Source: an uncultured Bacteroidales bacterium (lineage in GTDB: Bacteria; Bacteroidota; Bacteroidia; Bacteroidales; UBA3663). Taken from it: a stretch of 47,829 bases of DNA. Within the stretch, counting starts at the first letter, position 1, and every line of letters begins with the position of its first letter. Shown here one piece after another: positions 30,737 through 39,778 of the stretch. Below the pieces are notes generated by a model. It saw only the letters and a list, made by a program, of their open reading frames with translations. It was not told the DNA's origin and made no database searches. Where the stretch lies: positions 1 through 47,829 of the forward strand of contig CACYQQ010000009.1 in assembly GCA_902776605.1 (NCBI GenBank), read 5' to 3'. The position numbers were made by a program, and so were the translations under genes.

Positions 30737-32320
30737 TTATCTCTGTACGTAGTTCTTGTACGCCTCATCGACGATGCCGTTGAGGTAGGTGCGGAGATAA
30801 TTTTCGATGAGCTGCGTGTCCATCATCTGGTCGTTGACAATGAGTTTGCCGTTGGTGAGCATACCGTTGCAACCGCCCTTGAGCAAGATGAAGTCGATGG
30901 AAGAGATGGTGTATTTGCCATCGGGCTTGATGGGTTCATATTGTTGCGTCTTGCGGTTGAGCACGCGGATGTTAGTGGCACGCCGGGGACCTTCGCCAAT
31001 GCCGATGAAGGCGCCGGTGGCATCCGTCAAGATATTCGACTTGATGTTCGTGTTGAGGGTGTAGTCAAGGCCAGAGACTTGTGGAAAACTGGGGTTGTCC
31101 AATGGAGCACGCGATACGCCATATTCCAGCGCATCCATGATTTGTTGGCCGGAGAACTCGCAAACGCAAATTTGGTTCTCGAAGGGGAAGGCATCGAGCA
31201 ACTCCTTGTAGGTGATGTTGCCGGCATGAATCGAGTTGCGGATGCCTCCAGCATTGATCCACCCGATGTCGGCACGCCCCATGATGCGGAAGGCATCGGC
31301 ACAGAGTTTGCCGAGGTTGGTTTCACAGTTGCGGTCGTAGGTGTTGTGCTCCTCGTCGAAGCCCGCCAAGTCGTATTCGCTCTGGGCGATGACGGGTAGT
31401 TTGGTGAGCGACTCGCGGAACTGCTGGATGGCGGCAAGGAGGGTGGGGTCGTCTTTCCGGTATTCCTTGACAGGAATGAGGTCGGTCTTGCACTTCCGCT
31501 CGGTGGTGATGATGAGTCGTCCCATATTGGCGAAATGTGCACCTGTGGAAGAGAGCAGAACCAACTCGCCACGGTCGTTCGGAACATAACGTTCGGGGAT
31601 GACGTGGTGGGCATGACCGTCCAGGAAGATGTCGATGCCATGCGTCTTGTGAATGGCCTCTTCGGAGGTCTCGTAACTGCTATCGACGTCGCCCAGGTGG
31701 GAGAGTACGATGACCATGTCCACCCCTTTGGCGCGGACCTCATCTATATAATGTTGCAACAAGGTATAGAAAGAGCCGTGGCAGAAGTCGTACAGGTCGT
31801 TGCCGTCCGCATCGACGAAACTGTCTGGCGCATCGCTGAACTTCGTGACAGGGGTGACGCACCCGATGAAACCGATCTTCAGGGTGCTCAACTTACGGAT
31901 AACGTAGGGTTGGAAGATAGGCTTGCGGGTCTTGGCATCGCAGAAGTTGAAGGTGAGAGTTTTGGCAGTCAGCGAATTGGTGAGTTGGTGCAGTTGCTCA
32001 ATGCCGTAGTCAAACTCGTGGTTGCCAAGAGCGATGTAGTCGTAGCCGACCAAGTTCATGGCGTCCACAGCATATTGTCCATGGGAAATAGAGGTCAAGG
32101 CACCGCCCTGTGAGAAGTCGCCCAAAGACACCAGACAGACATGTGGGGTCTTGCGGAGCATCTCTTTGCGCAGTTCCGCCATTTTGGCATAGCCTTCCAT
32201 GTGGCCATGTACGTCGTTGTCGAAAAGAATGACTATATCATCGTCGTATATTTTCTGCGCCATGAGGGAACCTCCACTCACGACAAGCAGTGTAACGATC
32301 AAGAATAAGAGGTGTTTCAT
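30737..32320 (-). CDS. Bifunctional metallophosphatase / 5'-nucleotidase (UshA-like)
   Basis: Signal peptide. Calcineurin-like motifs are FDNDVHGH, SLGDFSQGG, GNHEFD and SHLG...GHAH. C-terminal 5'-nucleotidase substrate-binding half follows. 527 aa. Confidence 0.88.
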   Translation of the reverse strand: MKHLLFLIVTLLVVSGGSLMAQKIYDDDIVILFDNDVHGHMEGYAKMAELRKEMLRKTPHVCLVSLGDFSQGGALTSISHGQYAVDAMNLVGYDYIALGNHEFDYGIEQLHQLTNSLTAKTLTFNFCDAKTRKPIFQPYVIRKLSTLKIGFIGCVTPVTKFSDAPDSFVDADGNDLYDFCHGSFYTLLQHYIDEVRAKGVDMVIVLSHLGDVDSSYETSEEAIHKTHGIDIFLDGHAHHVIPERYVPNDRGELVLLSSTGAHFANMGRLIITTERKCKTDLIPVKEYRKDDPTLLAAIQQFRESLTKLPVIAQSEYDLAGFDEEHNTYDRNCETNLGKLCADAFRIMGRADIGWINAGGIRNSIHAGNITYKELLDAFPFENQICVCEFSGQQIMDALEYGVSRAPLDNPSFPQVSGLDYTLNTNIKSNILTDATGAFIGIGEGPRRATNIRVLNRKTQQYEPIKPDGKYTISSIDFILLKGGCNGMLTNGKLIVNDQMMDTQLIENYLRTYLNGIVDEAYKNYVQR

Positions 32321-32336
32321 CCTATTATATTTTCCG

Positions 32337-32344
32337 CAAAGATA
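32337..32344 (-). promoter_or_regulatory. -7 promoter box (TATCTTTG on minus strand) for the 5'-nucleotidase gene
   Basis: Plus strand reads CAAAGATA, 17 nt upstream of ATG 32320. Confidence 0.5.
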
Positions 32345-32460
32345 GTTTTTTTTTGTTAATTGGAAAGTCGAAATTGGTAAAAAATACAGGATTGCACTGA
32401 AAATTGCTCTTTTTTTGAAAAAATAGAGGGTGGAACGAGCGATTTACGACAAAAAAGAAC

Positions 32461-32468
32461 TATCTTTG
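32461..32468 (+). promoter_or_regulatory. -7 promoter box (TATCTTTG) for the sugar-activation cassette
   Basis: About 100 nt upstream of ATG 32572. Confidence 0.45.
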
Positions 32469-32571
32469 CATGCCAATCGAAATGCCTGTTGCGCAGAAAA
32501 TTGCTCTCCCTGGTGGGAAGAAGTTCGGTTGGCAAAGAATCCAGTTTTTTCACCTGTAAAACTAATATTCC

Positions 32572-33519
32572 ATGCAGTATCAAGAGATAGGAGACACGGG
32601 CATGAAAGTTTCCGCCCTGTCATTTGGCGCTTCGTCATTAGGCGGCGTTTTTCATCAGATCAAGGAGAAAGAGGCTATTGAAGCTGTCTTCGCTGCCATT
32701 GATGGAGGAATGAACTTCATCGATGTCTCACCTTATTATGGTCATTATAAGGCAGAAACGGTGTTGGGCAAGGCACTCCAACAGATTGACCACAAGAAAT
32801 ATTATCTGAGCACCAAGGTGGGCCGTTATGGCAAGGATGGTGTCAACACGTGGGACTATTCTGCCAAGCGTGCCAAGGAGAGTGTCTATGAGAGTCTGGA
32901 TCGTCTGCACATCGACCATATCGACTTGATCAATGTGCACGATATCGAGTTCCAGGCGGGTTTGCCTGGCGGATTGCAGAAAGTGGTCGATGAGACGTTG
33001 CCTGCTTTGGTCGAACTCAAGCAGGAGGGTGTTGTCGGCCATGTCGGCATCACCGACTTGCAGCCCGAGAACATCAAGTGGGTCATTGAACATGTACCTG
33101 CAGGGACTGTCGAAGCCACTCTCTGTTTCTGCCATTATTCGCTCAACGACGAGTTGCTGAATGATTATTTCGACTTCTTTGAGCAGCACAAGGTTGGTAT
33201 TATCAATGCCTCACCTTTGTCGATGGGCCTTCTTTCTACCCGTGGCGTGCCGGATTGGCATCCTGCCCCCAAGGCGTTGGTAGAGGCTTGCCGCAAGGCT
33301 GTCGAGTATGCCAACGGCAAGGGTTATCCTATTGAAAAACTGGCCATTCAATATGCCGTCAGCAATCCGCGCATTGCTACGACTTTGTTCAGCTCGGCCA
33401 ATCCCGATAATGTCCGCAAGAATATTGCCTATGCCGAAGCCCCTATTGACTGGCAATTGGTCAAGGAGGTTCAGGCAATCATCGGCGACCAAATGCGTGT
33501 GCGTTGGAAGAATAGTTAA
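32572..33519 (+). CDS. Aldo/keto reductase, L-galactose / L-fucose (D-threo-aldose) 1-dehydrogenase-like
   Basis: MQYQEIGDTGMKVSALSFGASSLGGVF, FIDVSPYYG, STKVGRY, LINVHDIEF and CHYSLND. The layout is as I recall for plant L-galactose dehydrogenase-type AKRs. Specificity is inferred, not shown. Confidence 0.75.
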   Translation: MQYQEIGDTGMKVSALSFGASSLGGVFHQIKEKEAIEAVFAAIDGGMNFIDVSPYYGHYKAETVLGKALQQIDHKKYYLSTKVGRYGKDGVNTWDYSAKRAKESVYESLDRLHIDHIDLINVHDIEFQAGLPGGLQKVVDETLPALVELKQEGVVGHVGITDLQPENIKWVIEHVPAGTVEATLCFCHYSLNDELLNDYFDFFEQHKVGIINASPLSMGLLSTRGVPDWHPAPKALVEACRKAVEYANGKGYPIEKLAIQYAVSNPRIATTLFSSANPDNVRKNIAYAEAPIDWQLVKEVQAIIGDQMRVRWKNS

Positions 33520-33529
33520 AATTGGGCGT

Positions 33530-34693
33530 ATGGATTATCAGTATCATATTTTTTCACCTTATCGAGTTTGCCCGTTGGGCGCGCATGTAGATCATCAACA
33601 TGGTTTGGTGACCGGTTTCGCTATAGACAAAGGTGTTGACCTGTGGTTCAATGTCCGGTCCGATAGCATGGTCAACCTGACTTCAGGTTCATTCGAAGGT
33701 GCCGTTTCGTTCGACTTGGCAAAACCTGTTCAGGTGCGCGAGAAACATTGGGGTGATTATGCACGAGGTGCGAAGTATGCCTTGCGCAAACGTTTTGAAT
33801 TGAAATACGGTATAGACGGTCATTTGCAAGGTTCTTTGCCTGTGGGCGGTTTGTCTTCCAGTGCAGCAGTGCTCATTGCTTATGTCATGGCATTTGCCAA
33901 GGCCAACGGCGTAGAACTGAATCCTTTTGAGGTAGTTCTGATTGCCAGTGAGGCAGAGCGTGAGTATATCGGCTTGAACAACGGTTTGCTTGATCAGGCT
34001 TGTATCGCATTGGGCCGAAAGAATGAATTGCTTTTCTTGGATTGCGACAATAACGAGTATCGCCATATCAAGTTCGGCGGGGAGACGGGAGAAGGCAATA
34101 CGGATATAAACAACCTTTTTGAGATAGGTATTTTCTTCTCGGGCTTGACCCGTAGTCTGGTGAACTCCGATTACAACCTCCGCGTCTTTGAGTGTAAAAC
34201 GGCAGCATGGAACATGTTGGCCTATACCGACCAACCTTTGAAGCCGTTCGACAAGACCTTCTTGCGCGACATACCGAAGTCCACTTTCGACAAGACGCGT
34301 GACGCCATGCCAGCACGTTTCGCCCGTCGTGCCGAGCATTTCTATAGTGAGTATCGTCGTGTGCGCCAAGGCGTTACGGCGTGGGAAACAGGTAACCTGC
34401 CTCTCTTTGGCCAACTCTCTTTCGACAGTTGTGAGTCGTCCATCCACAACTATGAATGTGGCAGTACCGAACTGATTGCTATCTACAATATCATGCGTCA
34501 GTTGCCAGGTGTATATGGTGGTCGATTCTCGGGCGCAGGCTTCAAGGGCGCCGTCATTGCTCTCATCGACCCAGCCCACAAGGCAGAGATAGAGAAGGCT
34601 GTAACGGAACAATATCTTGCTCAGTTCCCCGAGTACGAGAAGACCTTCAAGTGTTATTTCGTCAAGACCGACGATGGTGCCCGTTTCGTATAA
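33530..34693 (+). CDS. GHMP-family sugar-1-kinase (galactokinase superfamily, galacturonokinase-like signature)
   Basis: SPYRVCPLGAHVDHQHG replaces the galactokinase GEHxDY motif. GHMP ATP loop is PVGGLSSSAAV. C-terminal GGRFSGAGFKGAVIALI. ATG 33530 is preferred to the ORF-track start 33308, which overlaps the AKR gene. Confidence 0.8.
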   Translation: MDYQYHIFSPYRVCPLGAHVDHQHGLVTGFAIDKGVDLWFNVRSDSMVNLTSGSFEGAVSFDLAKPVQVREKHWGDYARGAKYALRKRFELKYGIDGHLQGSLPVGGLSSSAAVLIAYVMAFAKANGVELNPFEVVLIASEAEREYIGLNNGLLDQACIALGRKNELLFLDCDNNEYRHIKFGGETGEGNTDINNLFEIGIFFSGLTRSLVNSDYNLRVFECKTAAWNMLAYTDQPLKPFDKTFLRDIPKSTFDKTRDAMPARFARRAEHFYSEYRRVRQGVTAWETGNLPLFGQLSFDSCESSIHNYECGSTELIAIYNIMRQLPGVYGGRFSGAGFKGAVIALIDPAHKAEIEKAVTEQYLAQFPEYEKTFKCYFVKTDDGARFV

Positions 34694-34745
34694 CTTCGGA
34701 CGCCGCCGTCGTGAATCAATCTAATCAGTTAAGCAACACGTTTTT

Positions 34746-35483
34746 ATGAAGAATATAGTCATTGCAGCCGGTTATGCTACCCGATTGGGTGAATTGACCA
34801 AAAATTTCCCGAAACCGCTCTTGAAGATTGGCGAACGTTCCATCTTGGACCGCATGTTGGACGACATTGATACTATTGCCGACATCGACGAGCACATAGT
34901 CATCACCAACCACAAGTTCGCTCCGCACTTCGAAGCTTGGCGCAAGGAGGTGGCAAGCAAATACAAGAAACCCATCACCATTGTCGATGATGGAACAGAG
35001 ACCAACGAAACCCGTTTGGGAGCCGTCTGCGACCTGCTTTTCGCTTTGGACAAACTGTCGGTGAACGATGACCTGCTTGTCGTGGCTGCCGACAATATTC
35101 TGTTCTTCTCTTTCCAGGAGTTTGTCGATTTTGCCAAGCAGAAAGGTACGTCGTGCATCATGTGTCACGAACAACCTTCCATCGAAAAACTGCAACGCAC
35201 TGGCGTTGTCGAGTTGGATGCCAATGGCAAAGTGCTCGGCATGGAGGAAAAACCTGCTGTACCTAAGAGTCATTGGGCCGTGCCGCCATTCTATATCTAT
35301 TTGAAGAAAGACCTCGACTTGGTGCGTAACAGCGTTGCCCAGGGGTGTGGCAAAGATGCTCCCGGCAACTTGGCCCATTACATGGTGGACCACACCGAGA
35401 TACATGCTTGGCCAATGTCGGCAGGACGTTTCGATATAGGCAGCCTCGATACATATAAGGAGGCATGTGAGAGGTTCAAGTAA
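34746..35483 (+). CDS. Sugar-1-phosphate nucleotidyltransferase (short NTP-transferase family)
   Basis: MKNIVIAAGYATRLGELTKNFPKPLL is the G-x-G-T-R-L-type pyrophosphorylase signature. 245 aa. Confidence 0.8.
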   Translation: MKNIVIAAGYATRLGELTKNFPKPLLKIGERSILDRMLDDIDTIADIDEHIVITNHKFAPHFEAWRKEVASKYKKPITIVDDGTETNETRLGAVCDLLFALDKLSVNDDLLVVAADNILFFSFQEFVDFAKQKGTSCIMCHEQPSIEKLQRTGVVELDANGKVLGMEEKPAVPKSHWAVPPFYIYLKKDLDLVRNSVAQGCGKDAPGNLAHYMVDHTEIHAWPMSAGRFDIGSLDTYKEACERFK

Positions 35484-35590
35484 CCTTCTCTACCATAATA
35501 AACTTGCGAGCCCACGTTGCGAAATGCAACGTGGGCTCTTCGAATATTTAAATGACTTTCTTATTGATAAATGAGAGAAAGGCAAAAAGA

Positions 35591-37822
35591 TTATTTCCAA
35601 CTCAGTTTGACCTGCTTGATGAGGCTTGCGCTCGGACCGGTCGTGCCGGTGTGCTGAATGTAGAAGCCCTTCAAGTTGGAGTTGTTGATACCCGTGGCGG
35701 CCAGGGTGACATCCTGTTGCTTGGTGCCATTTCCGATTCGTGCCGTGAGGATATTACCCTTGATGGCAATGGCGATTTCAACATTACCGCGATAGCAACT
35801 GCTGTACTGAGGTTCGTTCAACGGTGTGACCTTACCATTCTTGTATTCCACCAAGAAGAAGGCGCACTGGTTGTCGAACTTAGCCGAACGCTGGATGCGC
35901 AGGGCATAACCTGTCAGCGTATGGGGGTCGAACTTGATGCCGACGTCCATGTATTGACCAGTCGGGCTGCCGAATCCCTGACCTTTATTCTTGGCAGGAA
36001 TGACCGAAATGTGGGCCTCCATGTCGGAGCATTTCTTGCGTGCCGGCATATAGAAACAGCGGGCGCCGCGCGTGCCTTGCAAGAGTCCGAGACTGTCGGC
36101 GGCACCATTCACACCTAAACCGTAGTACCAACAACGCTCCTGAATCGGTGACCAGAAATACATCTGAGTATCAATCGGTTTGTAGGAGTCGAAAGTCCAA
36201 GCACCGTCCTGAATGATAGGCTGATGCAAGACAGGAACGTCGTGGAAGTCGGTCGCATATATCGACTCTTCGCCCTTCTCCTTCAACATGTTAGACTTGA
36301 TGACGTCGGGGAAGATGGCTTCCGTCGGTTCGCCAACGTGCGAGCCCAAGTATTTCGGTATCACGACCGCTTTGATGCGATATCCGACATCGCCCGCCGT
36401 GAGGTGATGGTGCTTGTCGGTCGGTTCCCATTCCATTTGAATCGGAACCGCATCCGAGCCATCCGCTTTCTTGTATCGATACCAACAGATCTGCGAAGTC
36501 TCATACGTGTCGACCGGCAAGAGGTAGTCGAGGTCCAACGAGCCGGACGCTTTTTCCAACTTGAGCGTAGGTTTCTCGGTAAACTTGGGTGCCGGACGCA
36601 GGTGCGCATCCAACGCGAGTCGGGTGTGCCCTTGGATACCGGCTGGTAATGAGGCAGTTACCAACAGACTTGATGCCAAGCGCTGGTCGGCCAATTCGCC
36701 GTTCCAGCAATAGTACTTGAACTGCAAAGTCTTGCTGTCCTCATCCTCCTTGATGACGTCGCCGCCCACAGGAATGATCTTGATGTAGGTGGGATAGGGG
36801 CCATGTAACAGGTTGTCCAACGTCATACCGCCATAGACTCGCTTGTCGGTAATGTCGATGGCACCAGGAATGTGGAGCGGTTTGCCGTTGAGGGTCACGT
36901 CCGAATAGTAACATGGGGCATCGTTCGGACCGAAACATGGCAGGACGACCAGGTCCTCGCCATCCACCTGACGTAACGCAGTGCGTATCAGGGTCAACGG
37001 ACCGTTGGTCTTGATGAAGTATTGCACATTCTTGGTGTGGCAGTCAATCTGACAATCCAGGAAGACAGGACCGCATTCGGGAGTAGCCCAGAACGGCTTG
37101 TTGGAGTAGAAGTCCAAGTGGCACTTGTTGTAGATGGCGGCACCCTCCAGGGCATCGTCGGTGCACTCGAAGTGACACTCCGTAAACAAGGCGCGACGCA
37201 CACCGTGGAACGGGCAGAGGTTCAGGCGGCTGATGAAACGACAATTGACCGCCTCGACAAACTTGGCCGACGTATGAATCAACTGCGCTTGCGTGATGAC
37301 CGATGAACGGCGGGCGCGGTTCTTCGACGGGTCACGTGGATAGACCAGATCGACCGAGCAGTAGTTGCCGAAAGTGATGTTACGCGCCTTGATGGTGGGG
37401 CAGTCCAGTCGCAACATAGTGAAGTTGCCGATGGCTCCTTGCATCTGACCTCGGTTACAGGCCAACACCACATCCTGGGCATCGGTGCAGAGGCCATTCA
37501 GGTGCAGGTTCGGACCCTGGAGTTTGAATCCGTAGGGCACCGTGCTACCCGTGTTGTTGCCTCGGCGTATTTCCGGGTCGTCGGGATCGTCCACCCAATA
37601 AACGCCAGGCGCAATGTCGAGCGTGATGGTGTCCGAATAGGGGTATTGCAGATGATTGATAGCATTGAGCACATCCCTGACATCGCTGAAGAGGTAAGGC
37701 GACTGGTCGGTCTGTTCCTTGCTCAGCGACTGGTCAAGCAGGAAGTGGTGGTCGTCGTATGTGGCTCCGAACGCTTGACTAATCAGGAGAGCCAGAGTTG
37801 TCAGTAGGGGGAACGTTTTCAT
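35591..37822 (-). CDS. Secreted right-handed beta-helix protein with pectinesterase (CE8)-like motif spacing but substituted catalytic positions, plus a large C-terminal beta-rich region
   Basis: Signal peptide MKTFPLLTTLALLISQAFG. NITFGNY ... ITQAQLIH ... CRFISRLNLCPF ... CHFECTDDALEG ... CHLDF echoes the CE8 order NITF / QAVAL / QDTL / DFIFG. Function is uncertain. Confidence 0.5.
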   Translation of the reverse strand: MKTFPLLTTLALLISQAFGATYDDHHFLLDQSLSKEQTDQSPYLFSDVRDVLNAINHLQYPYSDTITLDIAPGVYWVDDPDDPEIRRGNNTGSTVPYGFKLQGPNLHLNGLCTDAQDVVLACNRGQMQGAIGNFTMLRLDCPTIKARNITFGNYCSVDLVYPRDPSKNRARRSSVITQAQLIHTSAKFVEAVNCRFISRLNLCPFHGVRRALFTECHFECTDDALEGAAIYNKCHLDFYSNKPFWATPECGPVFLDCQIDCHTKNVQYFIKTNGPLTLIRTALRQVDGEDLVVLPCFGPNDAPCYYSDVTLNGKPLHIPGAIDITDKRVYGGMTLDNLLHGPYPTYIKIIPVGGDVIKEDEDSKTLQFKYYCWNGELADQRLASSLLVTASLPAGIQGHTRLALDAHLRPAPKFTEKPTLKLEKASGSLDLDYLLPVDTYETSQICWYRYKKADGSDAVPIQMEWEPTDKHHHLTAGDVGYRIKAVVIPKYLGSHVGEPTEAIFPDVIKSNMLKEKGEESIYATDFHDVPVLHQPIIQDGAWTFDSYKPIDTQMYFWSPIQERCWYYGLGVNGAADSLGLLQGTRGARCFYMPARKKCSDMEAHISVIPAKNKGQGFGSPTGQYMDVGIKFDPHTLTGYALRIQRSAKFDNQCAFFLVEYKNGKVTPLNEPQYSSCYRGNVEIAIAIKGNILTARIGNGTKQQDVTLAATGINNSNLKGFYIQHTGTTGPSASLIKQVKLSWK

Positions 37823-38162
37823 TTTGAGATGGGTTTTTTAGAAGTTCAAATTGGTCGACGAATATCTCGGTAACATAGTGGCGTGAATTGTTCTGGTCGG
37901 TCCACTGACGGGTGCGGAGTTTGCCTTCCAGATAGACGAGAGAACCCTTGTGCACTTGTCGTTCGATGCGCTCGGCGATACCCTGCCAAGCCACGATGTT
38001 GTGCCATTCGGTCTTTTCCGGGACCTCTTCGCCGGAACGTTTGTGATAAGCGCGTTCGGAGGTGGCCAATGGGAAACATGCACAGACATTGCCATCGTCT
38101 GTACGTCTAACATCGGGCTCACGTCCCACATTTCCTAAGAGAATTACTTTGTTAACTGCCAT
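37779..38162 (-). CDS. ssb: Single-stranded DNA-binding protein (short form, no acidic tip)
   Basis: MAVNKVILLGNVGREPDVR ... TEWHNIVAWQGIAE ... KGSLVYLEGKLRTRQWTDQNNSRHYVTEIFVD is the OB-fold SSB signature. The last 44 nt overlap the downstream gene. Confidence 0.88.
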   Translation of the reverse strand: MAVNKVILLGNVGREPDVRRTDDGNVCACFPLATSERAYHKRSGEEVPEKTEWHNIVAWQGIAERIERQVHKGSLVYLEGKLRTRQWTDQNNSRHYVTEIFVDQFELLKNPSQNENVPPTDNSGSPD

Positions 38163-38535
38163 AGTATAAGTTTAAGATGATTGAAATTTGTTGATATTAA
38201 ATCGGTTTTTAGTTGTTTTATGTGAATAATGCAACTCTCCGCGTTGTTGCCTTCCTGCCGTGTGCCAGTTATGATCCTATTATGACCCTATTATGTTCCC
38301 CTTATGCTTCCGTTGACCTTCGGTTGAGTTTCTCCTGAGTTGCTGCCTTTTTGCTACCTTTAAAAGGGAGAAAAAAGGGAGAAGGTCTATCGCGACTCCT
38401 TCGCGGCTCAACAGCAAGAGCGGTGGATGGAGGGGACGGGGAGCAATCGTTCGGGGGGCATGGTATGTGTGAGTATCATGGACGCTGGTTTTAGCATCTG
38501 ACAGTAGTAACAACCTACCTGGTAGGATTGCGCTA

Positions 38536-38543
38536 CAAAGATA
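38536..38543 (-). promoter_or_regulatory. -7 promoter box (TATCTTTG on minus strand), about 370 nt upstream of ssb
   Basis: Plus strand reads CAAAGATA. It is the only TAnnTTTG match I see between mutY and ssb. Confidence 0.35.
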
Positions 38544-38597
38544 GGTTGTTTTTTGTTAGAGTGCAACATTTTAGGGACTTTTTCTCCAAAAATTGCG

Positions 38598-39620
38598 CTA
38601 TTTTGCAGAAAACAGCGCTGAAAAACGGCGGTTGGCATCAAAAATGGGTTTCGCAACCGCTTTTTTCTGCCATTCTTCCCACGAAAGGAGGACATAATCG
38701 GAGGGGAGCGAGGTCAACGTCCGGTCGATGTGGACGATGTGGAAGTCGCAGGTCAGACGCTGGTGCGAGAGGAGGTGACGGAGGGTGAAAGCGGCTTTGT
38801 CGGCAGGCAGTTTCAGACGCGTGGCGGCATCATCCTCGATGCCCTCCTCCACGAGGTAGAACTCCCACAGCCCTTGCCAGATGTCGCCGGCGCCCCGCTG
38901 GTGCACCCAGAGGCGGTCGCCCTCTTTTAATAAATAATAATGTAGGTGCCGGTCGCGCACCTTGGTCTTGCCCGCCTTGACGGGGCGTTGGGCGATGGTG
39001 CCGCGTTGCAGGGCAAGGCACTTGTCGGCCAATGGACAAGTCGGACAGAGGGGGGAGGTGGGGGTGCATTGCAAGGCGCCGAACTCCATGATGGCCTGGT
39101 TGTGCAGGGCGGGGTGACGTCGGTCTAACAACTCCGTGGCCAGTTGCTGGAAATATTTCTGCCCCGAGGTGCTGTCGATGGGCAGGTCGAGGTCAAAGAG
39201 GCGGGACAGGACGCGATAGACATTGCCATCCACCACGGCGACTGCCTCGTCGGCCGAGAAACTGGCAATGGCGGCAGCGGTGTAGGGGCCGATGCCAGGC
39301 AGGCGGAGCAGGTCGGCGTAGGCGGTGGGGAAGGGGCGGTCGCCGACGGCGCGTGCCGTCTTGTGCAGGTTGCGGGCGCGGCTGTAGTAACCCAACCCCT
39401 GCCAGAGTTTGAGGACATCGTCTTCCGACGCTGCTGCCAGCGCCTGCACCGTGGGGTAGTTTTGGACAAAGCGGTTGTAGTAGTCCAACCCCTGCGCCAC
39501 GCGTGTCTGTTGGAGAATGATTTCGGAAAGCCAGATTCGGTAGGCATCACGCGTCTCGCGCCAGGGCAGAAGACGTCGGTTTTCGGAGTACCAAACCTGG
39601 AGGAATTGGCTAATGTCCAT
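38598..39620 (-). CDS. mutY: A/G-specific adenine DNA glycosylase
   Basis: LPWRETRDAYRIWLSEIILQQTRV, the HhH-GPD block LPGIGPYTAAAIASF, the 4Fe-4S loop CTPTSPLCPTCPLADKC, and a NUDIX-like C-terminal domain. Confidence 0.92.
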   Translation of the reverse strand: MDISQFLQVWYSENRRLLPWRETRDAYRIWLSEIILQQTRVAQGLDYYNRFVQNYPTVQALAAASEDDVLKLWQGLGYYSRARNLHKTARAVGDRPFPTAYADLLRLPGIGPYTAAAIASFSADEAVAVVDGNVYRVLSRLFDLDLPIDSTSGQKYFQQLATELLDRRHPALHNQAIMEFGALQCTPTSPLCPTCPLADKCLALQRGTIAQRPVKAGKTKVRDRHLHYYLLKEGDRLWVHQRGAGDIWQGLWEFYLVEEGIEDDAATRLKLPADKAAFTLRHLLSHQRLTCDFHIVHIDRTLTSLPSDYVLLSWEEWQKKAVAKPIFDANRRFSALFSAK

Positions 39621-39663
39621 TGGATTATTGATTTTGAGTTGGCAATTTGACCATTTTCAGACG

Positions 39664-39671
39664 CAAAGATA
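39664..39671 (-). promoter_or_regulatory. -7 promoter box (TATCTTTG on minus strand) for mutY
   Basis: Plus strand reads CAAAGATA, 44 nt upstream of ATG 39620. Confidence 0.5.
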
Positions 39672-39724
39672 AGTTTTTTTTGAAAAAAATACAAGGAAAT
39701 AGTTGTAAATTCGAAAAATAGCAG

Positions 39725-39732
39725 TATCTTTG
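39725..39732 (+). promoter_or_regulatory. -7 promoter box (TATCTTTG) for the HU gene
   Basis: 47 nt upstream of ATG 39779. Confidence 0.5.
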
Positions 39733-39778
39733 CAAGCCGAATTAAAAAATCTGGATATTAATTAAGTACTATATAATT

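Noticed and set aside
38290-38340. GGTCAACGGAAGCATAAGG on the minus strand, vaguely like the SRP RNA domain IV GGAA-loop region
   Set aside because: It lacks the conserved AGCAGCC / GGTCCGGAAGGAAGC symmetric-loop sequence and a complementary 5' arm. The similarity is too weak to call ffs.
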